A program made the translations under genes and the position numbers. Under the pieces are notes generated by a model. That model searched no databases. It was not told where the DNA came from and saw only the letters and a list, made by a program, of their open reading frames with translations. Shown here in pieces: positions 58,342 through 64,000 of a stretch of DNA of 64,000 bases. Each line of letters starts with the position of its first letter. The stretch's first letter is position 1. This stretch comes from a virus (taxonomy: Duplodnaviria > Caudoviricetes), in IMG/VR virus record IMGVR_UViG_3300028048_000038, positions 1-64,000 of that record. The stretch is one strand, 5' to 3'.

Positions 58342-58806
58342 TTACAGTTTTTTGAGTTGTGCTAATAGTATTTTATATTTGAGTGCTTTATATGCTGTTG
58401 TTGGTGTTGTATTATTAAGATAATGGTTAGGGATAAATTTTGGATTGGTACTGATGACCTCTTGTATTGTACTATTTTTGATATAGTGTTTTTTAATGAA
58501 TCTTTCAATATCTTGTTTATTTGTGCTAATGATGTATTGTTTTGTTATTGTTGGTATGATGTATGTATTATTATTGTGTTGTAGTTGTTGTATTGGTATA
58601 ATGAGTTTAAAGTTTACTCCCACGATAATGGCATTCTCATTATTATCATCTATTGTAAACATTCTTACTTTTATTTTTCTAAGTATTGGTTCTGCATAAT
58701 AGATATTTTTGGTTGAGAAGTCGCAGTAATAGAATCTAGAATTTTTGAATTTGGTATGTATATTGATTATATCATTATTATTACCATTAATAATTTTTTT
58801 CTTCAT
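58342..58806 (-). CDS. Hypothetical protein
   Basis: 154 aa, I/N/K/T-rich. Confidence 0.55.
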   Translation of the reverse strand: MKKKIINGNNNDIINIHTKFKNSRFYYCDFSTKNIYYAEPILRKIKVRMFTIDDNNENAIIVGVNFKLIIPIQQLQHNNNTYIIPTITKQYIISTNKQDIERFIKKHYIKNSTIQEVISTNPKFIPNHYLNNTTPTTAYKALKYKILLAQLKKL

Positions 58807-58838
58807 GGGTTCTTTTTTTAGTATTACTTAGTTATTAC

Positions 58839-59264
58839 TCATGATATTATGATATCTTTCAACTGTTCTATAGCCTTTCTATAGGCAGTAGAGCACTCCC
58901 ATCCATACACGCCATACATAGGCATATTCTGTTTAAATGGCAGCATTCTATCATTCCTAAAATATTCCCATAGTAATGTTTTCCTACAATATTTGAGTGC
59001 ATTTTCTCTCGAATCGGTCAAAGCCCATCCATGTGCTAGAGTGAGCCAATGTTCGTAATGTGTGCATAGGTTTGTGAACAAACAAGTAGAATGGATTGGG
59101 GTGTCATTGAAACACAGCCCATTTTCTCCAATCACTCTATAGTCCAATAATGTGCTAGGTGAGGAGAAATCTGGTCGGTTTACCACTCTTATTGCGTGTA
59201 TTCCTATATACATTTTTTCAATTCTCACCATCACATATCTTTTACCTTTTTCAATCTTCAGCAT
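58839..59264 (-). CDS. Hypothetical protein
   Basis: 141 aa. Confidence 0.6.
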   Translation of the reverse strand: MLKIEKGKRYVMVRIEKMYIGIHAIRVVNRPDFSSPSTLLDYRVIGENGLCFNDTPIHSTCLFTNLCTHYEHWLTLAHGWALTDSRENALKYCRKTLLWEYFRNDRMLPFKQNMPMYGVYGWECSTAYRKAIEQLKDIIIS

Positions 59265-59276
59265 ATTTGATGATAC

Positions 59277-59771
59277 TCATGACAAGTATGTATAAAAATT
59301 ATCTCTAAACTGTGTTTTTGTCCATTGTCTTATTAATTCTTTCCACATTCTGATTCTCCTTCGTCTTGTTGCCTCATTTCCCTTAACCTTGAATGCCTCG
59401 CTCTTGAGAGCCTTTATTGCTGCCCTTATATCGGTGCAGAGGTACACATATTCATCATACGTATCACTCGATTTAACGATAGAGACGGTGATTATAGGTT
59501 CTTTATTTCCCTCAATGCGAAATGCTTGTATTGCAAGATTACGGTGGGATATTGGATATGGGAATTCAACTGAGATATTCACTTGACGTGGTATTGAATA
59601 TTCCAATAGGTATTGCTTTACACCGAAAACTGATAAGGGTTCATGTTCGGCTACTGCCTTTTGAAACCAGAAGTGCCATGTGCTGTCGTTGCAGAAGTCT
59701 TTTTTATAAGCTGTGAGTCTCACTTGATAGAATACAGTTCCTTTTTTTATAGTTTTTTCGTTTAATACCAT
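59277..59771 (-). CDS. Hypothetical protein
   Basis: 164 aa. Confidence 0.6.
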   Translation of the reverse strand: MVLNEKTIKKGTVFYQVRLTAYKKDFCNDSTWHFWFQKAVAEHEPLSVFGVKQYLLEYSIPRQVNISVEFPYPISHRNLAIQAFRIEGNKEPIITVSIVKSSDTYDEYVYLCTDIRAAIKALKSEAFKVKGNEATRRRRIRMWKELIRQWTKTQFRDNFYTYLS

Positions 59772-59777
59772 TTTATA

Positions 59778-60149
59778 TCATATTAATTTGATTAACTTAA
59801 TGATTTTCTTATTGAAAACAAAATTTCTTTCTCTAAGGAGCAGATTAAGTTGTGTACAGTCTTTTATTGTTAATGGTTTAATGGTATTATAGTTCCCTCT
59901 GTATATTGTAACATTGCATACCCAACCACATTTAACCAATTTACTTTTCTCATGTTTATTATATGAATATGGGTGTAATTTTTTTCGTTTGCCATATCCA
60001 GTAACAATAAAGAGAGAAGGGATATAGTAATAACAATAATCTTCCTTCAATATTACTTTTTTTGAAGGACATATTATTACATATTCTCTATCATTTTTAT
60101 ATTGTTTTAGTTTATAGAATTGTCCCTTATTGAGTGTTATCTTGCTCAT
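59778..60149 (-). CDS. Hypothetical protein
   Basis: C-terminal LLRERNFVFNKK shared with 60722..61042. Confidence 0.6.
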   Translation of the reverse strand: MSKITLNKGQFYKLKQYKNDREYVIICPSKKVILKEDYCYYYIPSLFIVTGYGKRKKLHPYSYNKHEKSKLVKCGWVCNVTIYRGNYNTIKPLTIKDCTQLNLLLRERNFVFNKKIIKLIKLI

Positions 60150-60155
60150 ACGTTA

Positions 60156-60719
60156 TCATTCTGTTGCTGCTGTTAGAATTTCGAAGTCGGTTAATTTATG
60201 TTCCTTACAGTTTTCGTTTATGAATGTATGGAATTTGGTTGAGCATTGTTCAGTTTCTTTTCTGAATTTGATTGCGTCCTTGCATGCTGTTCTTTTATTT
60301 TGGTAGAGTATTGTTTCCATGTGTGTATTATTGTCTCCTTTTATTTTATATTTGACATCTAGCACATGGAATTCGTTTACTTTATCGAAGTTCTCCATGA
60401 ACTCATTGAGTGTGTTTTGTGTGAGTTTTTCAGAGAGCATTGCGATTGGCATCCATAGGTCGTTATCAGCTTCCATGAAGTAGTATCCATTTTCATTGTT
60501 TGTGGTTGCTGTTGTATTTGTTTTAAGTTGGAGTTTCCTAAGTTCTTTAACGTGTGCTTCGATTGATGTTGCGTAATAGAAGTTACGTTTAAGGCCAGTA
60601 ATATAGAAGTTGCCGTAGAGCCTTATTGGTTCTAGTTCTATTCTATCTACGTAGTCATTTGTAAGGTCTGCCACGTTATTAAAGAACGATAGTATTTGAT
60701 GTGTTATATCTATATTCAT
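60156..60719 (-). CDS. Hypothetical protein
   Basis: 187 aa. Confidence 0.65.
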   Translation of the reverse strand: MNIDITHQILSFFNNVADLTNDYVDRIELEPIRLYGNFYITGLKRNFYYATSIEAHVKELRKLQLKTNTTATTNNENGYYFMEADNDLWMPIAMLSEKLTQNTLNEFMENFDKVNEFHVLDVKYKIKGDNNTHMETILYQNKRTACKDAIKFRKETEQCSTKFHTFINENCKEHKLTDFEILTAATE

Positions 60720-60721
60720 GA

Positions 60722-61042
60722 TTATATTTCTTTTTCAATTAATTTTTGTGTTTTCTTATTGAATTTATAACAATTTTGTCTTAACAATTCTGATGCTGAG
60801 AAGTATGCTTGTATATCTAGTTTTGTCACCACGTCTGTGTCTAGTATTCCAAGGCGTTCATCGTTTCCAATATTAAGGAATAGTGATTTCAGCCCCTTGA
60901 CAGAACAAAGTCCATCGAGTCTTTGGATGTGTTTATAGTGTGGTGGCCTTTTGTCTTTGATGATAGCATTTTTATTGACTAGCCATCTCATATTTTTAAT
61001 ATCACGGTGATAAATCAGTTGTAGGTTACATTTTCCAATCAT
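60722..61042 (-). CDS. Hypothetical protein
   Basis: LLRQNCYKFNKK. Confidence 0.55.
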   Translation of the reverse strand: MIGKCNLQLIYHRDIKNMRWLVNKNAIIKDKRPPHYKHIQRLDGLCSVKGLKSLFLNIGNDERLGILDTDVVTKLDIQAYFSASELLRQNCYKFNKKTQKLIEKEI

Positions 61043-61265
61043 ATTCTATATCCAATAATTCGATAAGGTGTTTCTTTATTGTATTTTTTCCAATTCCTTG
61101 AATGAAGTTGGATTTAACATATTTTGTCACGAAGAATTTCTCTTGATTGAAATCATAGTATCCTTTGAGCATTGTTTGTTTTTTATGTATCAATCTACAG
61201 AAGATTCTATTGCCGCTTTTATTTGAAGCGAAGGCGATTAGTTTAAAGTCGTTATTATTATCCAT
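61026..61265 (-). CDS. Hypothetical protein
   Basis: 79 aa. Confidence 0.55.
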   Translation of the reverse strand: MDNNNDFKLIAFASNKSGNRIFCRLIHKKQTMLKGYYDFNQEKFFVTKYVKSNFIQGIGKNTIKKHLIELLDIEYDWKM

Positions 61266-61623
61266 TTCTCAAGAAGTCGATTACTTGTTTTTCGTAATAT
61301 GATATCCAAGATACCAGCATTGGTTTTTTATCCTCAAAATTTTCCGTTGTGAGGTTATCTAGTGCTACTCTTGAGAATGCAATGATATTCTTATTGATTC
61401 TTCCCAATAGTTCGTTTATAACGGCATTATTGCTTTTATGTAAAGCCTCTTGTGTTATCACGTTATCATGTAGGTGTGCGATGGCTTTTTTCATGAATGC
61501 GACATGTTCCTTAAGGTTATCTCTTGTCAAGTCATTGATTGAGATAATGCAATTTGCCAATACGTCTTGTGTATCTTCTAAGATTTGTTTACTCATAATA
61601 ATGCAATATATTATATAGAGCAA
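61258..61623 (-). CDS. Hypothetical protein
   Basis: True start probably MSKQIL, downstream of promoter at ~61619. Confidence 0.55.
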   Translation of the reverse strand: MLYIIYCIIMSKQILEDTQDVLANCIISINDLTRDNLKEHVAFMKKAIAHLHDNVITQEALHKSNNAVINELLGRINKNIIAFSRVALDNLTTENFEDKKPMLVSWISYYEKQVIDFLRNG

Positions 61624-61703
61624 AGATATGGAAAAAATATTTGGGATGCAAGAATGAAAAGTTAAAAAAACAAAAAAGGATGAACATTGTTTTGTTCACC
61701 CTT

Positions 61704-62054
61704 TTATTCAATGGCTTCCATTGCAGCCTCTAGTTCATCCTCTTCATCCACCTTTATTGTGGTTGCTGTTGGTGTTGTAATGTCCTTTGGTGGTTTTCCC
61801 ACCGTATATGTATCTGGAACATTATCCATTGGTTTAACGTTATTCTGTTTGGACAATTTCTTAATCTCCTTGGCTTCTTCCTCTGAAGCCATCTTGATAT
61901 CATCTTGGCGTACATTGAATCGTTTGCCACTAGATACATCTACAACGCTATGTGAGCCATCACTATAAGTGTGCTCATAGATGCCCAAGAAGGGTGCTCC
62001 ACTCCATTTCTTGCAGCTTACATTATCCCCTTTTGTAAAATTACTATTTGCCAT
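61704..62054 (-). CDS. Hypothetical protein
   Basis: 116 aa. Confidence 0.65.
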   Translation of the reverse strand: MANSNFTKGDNVSCKKWSGAPFLGIYEHTYSDGSHSVVDVSSGKRFNVRQDDIKMASEEEAKEIKKLSKQNNVKPMDNVPDTYTVGKPPKDITTPTATTIKVDEEDELEAAMEAIE

Positions 62055-62057
62055 ATC

Positions 62058-62282
62058 TTATTTTTTAAAATGTTCTTTAATACCTTCAATCTCCCTTGTT
62101 AGTTTGTTAACTAGGTAACGATGGGTTTTGATACTATGTTCTCTCCCATTATGTTTCTTGATGGTCTTGATTTTCTTCTTATGGAAACGGATGCTCTCAC
62201 GTTTAATCCGAATGAGTTTCCTAACTTCCTCTGGATATTGTCTATCTTCCCACCAATCACGGATAAATTCAAACCATTTCAT
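62058..62282 (-). CDS. Hypothetical basic protein
   Basis: 74 aa. Confidence 0.55.
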   Translation of the reverse strand: MKWFEFIRDWWEDRQYPEEVRKLIRIKRESIRFHKKKIKTIKKHNGREHSIKTHRYLVNKLTREIEGIKEHFKK

Positions 62283-62292
62283 ATATTGTTGA

Positions 62293-62700
62293 TTATATTA
62301 TTTCCACATCTGCCGTAAGTAATTCAAAATCAGAGAACACCTTCTTTGGTTGTGGCGTTTCAGCTTCTGTCACCAAGAATTCTGGTTTCAGTTTCGTTTC
62401 CAATTTTGGTGTTTCTGTTTTTTTATTGTTCTTGAGATTAGCTGGTGTTGGGTGTGTAAACATGTATTCGAAGTCATCTTCGATTTTCTTATAGATGGCT
62501 TCGGTTTCTTCTTGTGTTGCTTCTTCTATTCTATCGCCTCTCCATTCGGCAATGAAGTATTGGTCTTTTCCATCCCAGACCAAATGTCCTCCACTTTCTT
62601 TATTGCCAATCATGCCTTGGTAGAGTGCTATGAATTCTCTACCATCAGCTTTTTTGCATCTAACGGCTTTCCAATGGCTAAATGTTATTTTACTACCCAT
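62293..62700 (-). CDS. Hypothetical protein
   Basis: 135 aa, EEATQEE motif, promoter upstream. Confidence 0.6.
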   Translation of the reverse strand: MGSKITFSHWKAVRCKKADGREFIALYQGMIGNKESGGHLVWDGKDQYFIAEWRGDRIEEATQEETEAIYKKIEDDFEYMFTHPTPANLKNNKKTETPKLETKLKPEFLVTEAETPQPKKVFSDFELLTADVEII

Positions 62701-62792
62701 TTTAATTCTTAATTAATTTAGCAATTCAATTTGGAGCAAATATATGAAAAAAAGTTGAGATAACAAAATATTGTCTCAACTTTTAACAAATA

Positions 62793-63389
62793 TTAATGCA
62801 CATCAACCAATTTGTTGAGTGCTTTAATATATTTGATATTGTTTTTCTTCATGATGTCCCTAATAATTTTATAATGGCTTGGTGTTGGCTTGTAGAAGTC
62901 ATAACCATATATATTGCCCCAATTTCCACCAATCTTTGAACAATAGCATTCTCTAGTATCCAAGTTATATGAGATATGGCGTACCACACGAAGTTCATCA
63001 AAACTATTTACCTCAACATGGCTTATGAGGACAAGCCAATCTCTTCTATTGGGTACATTTGCCTTGGCGTACACCAAGATGCCTTTTGTCTGCCTATCAA
63101 TTGTGATTGGTTCTAAGTTAACCAACTTTCCAAATTTGCCTTTGGCTTTACTTGGTTTATCGGTTTCTCTCCATAATAGGATGTCATCGAAGTCCACAAC
63201 GTCATCAGAGTCATAGAAGTCATAATATGTATTGACACTGCCATTATAGCCTTCATCGGCATAGGATACGACAATTCTTTCTCTCATATCCTTCATGATG
63301 ACAGCGTAATATGTTGAAGTCCAATCAACGTGTTCGTTGAATAGGTCTTTCTCGCTCTGTTTATTCCAAATTACTTTTTTATCATCCAT
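62793..63389 (-). CDS. Hypothetical protein
   Basis: 198 aa. Confidence 0.65.
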   Translation of the reverse strand: MDDKKVIWNKQSEKDLFNEHVDWTSTYYAVIMKDMRERIVVSYADEGYNGSVNTYYDFYDSDDVVDFDDILLWRETDKPSKAKGKFGKLVNLEPITIDRQTKGILVYAKANVPNRRDWLVLISHVEVNSFDELRVVRHISYNLDTRECYCSKIGGNWGNIYGYDFYKPTPSHYKIIRDIMKKNNIKYIKALNKLVDVH

Positions 63390-63391
63390 AA

Positions 63392-63787
63392 TTACAGCAT
63401 CTTTAATTCATGCAACTTCAATACCATTTTATAACAAGCATCAACAAGACACTCACCTTCAGTCAGTAAGTATATTTTACCTTTGGTTTTTACAGCAAAT
63501 TGCCTATAAAAACAATATGATTTATCTGAATCTGGTAAAAGATATAATTCTTTTCTTTTCGGGGTTGAATCAAAAAGTCTTGATGGCAAAACACTAATCA
63601 ATGCTGAAAGACTCCAACAAGGAACGCTTTCATCAGGATTACATACAGGTTTACAGAACATTGGAAAATCACCATAATGTCCATTTGACAATGGACTTGA
63701 ATACCAAGCCCACCACATATCCGCACTTCCAATTGGCAGTATCTCTGCCAACTTCTTTGACTGTTCTAAATCTGTATAATTTTTCAT
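63392..63787 (-). CDS. Hypothetical phage protein
   Basis: YTDLEQSKKLAEIL...ADM...PCWSLSALISVLP...LVDACYKMVLKL. Confidence 0.65.
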   Translation of the reverse strand: MKNYTDLEQSKKLAEILPIGSADMWWAWYSSPLSNGHYGDFPMFCKPVCNPDESVPCWSLSALISVLPSRLFDSTPKRKELYLLPDSDKSYCFYRQFAVKTKGKIYLLTEGECLVDACYKMVLKLHELKML

Positions 63788-63996
63788 TTTCTTTTATTTT
63801 TGTATATTTTATCTCCAATCTTAAATGACAATTTCATCAAACATATCGTTAATATTGGATATATTACTGCGCTATCTATTGTAATTAAGATTGTCATTAG
63901 CATACCTTTTGTAAGAGTAAAACATAAATAGAATAGCAACACATAGATTATGCTTGATACAATAAAGCCACAAGCGCCAGCTAAACATCCCACCAT
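63784..63996 (-). CDS. Small membrane protein
   Basis: Hydrophobic, 70 aa; may extend beyond the window. Confidence 0.45.
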   Translation of the reverse strand: MVGCLAGACGFIVSSIIYVLLFYLCFTLTKGMLMTILITIDSAVIYPILTICLMKLSFKIGDKIYKNKRK

Positions 63997-64000
63997 TTCT

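Overview
AT-rich segment of a very large (jumbo or mega) tailed phage of a Bacteroidota host. The host is inferred from about 45 TTTG...TAnnTTTG promoters. 1-9.8 kb: a tail-fibre/receptor-binding locus built like a two-tier shufflon. It has seven TCTAGGGGGAGGT sites in strictly alternating orientation, two promoter+5' 'constant' modules, five start-less cassettes, nested 35-bp and 28-bp inverted repeats positioned to swap only the tip domain, and DUF4376-like chaperones. No recombinase is in the window. 9.8-23 kb: late/virion-type genes and a family B DNA polymerase fractured by a split intein with a free-standing endonuclease, plus an in-frame TAG next to the catalytic motif. About 25.2-25.8 kb: GC-rich hairpin, two parS palindromes and a strand-composition switch, followed by a sigma70-family gene. 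26-57.7 kb: a dense array of short transcription units, each with its own host-type promoter that is often fused to the previous terminator. The array holds small hypothetical genes, an SF1 helicase, DUF932 and Gp88-like genes, tRNA-Leu, two aberrant tRNA-like elements and several promoter-driven non-coding units. An 18-bp motif marks gene junctions at both edges of the array. 58-64 kb: small hypothetical genes. All calls were made by eye and no database searches were run.
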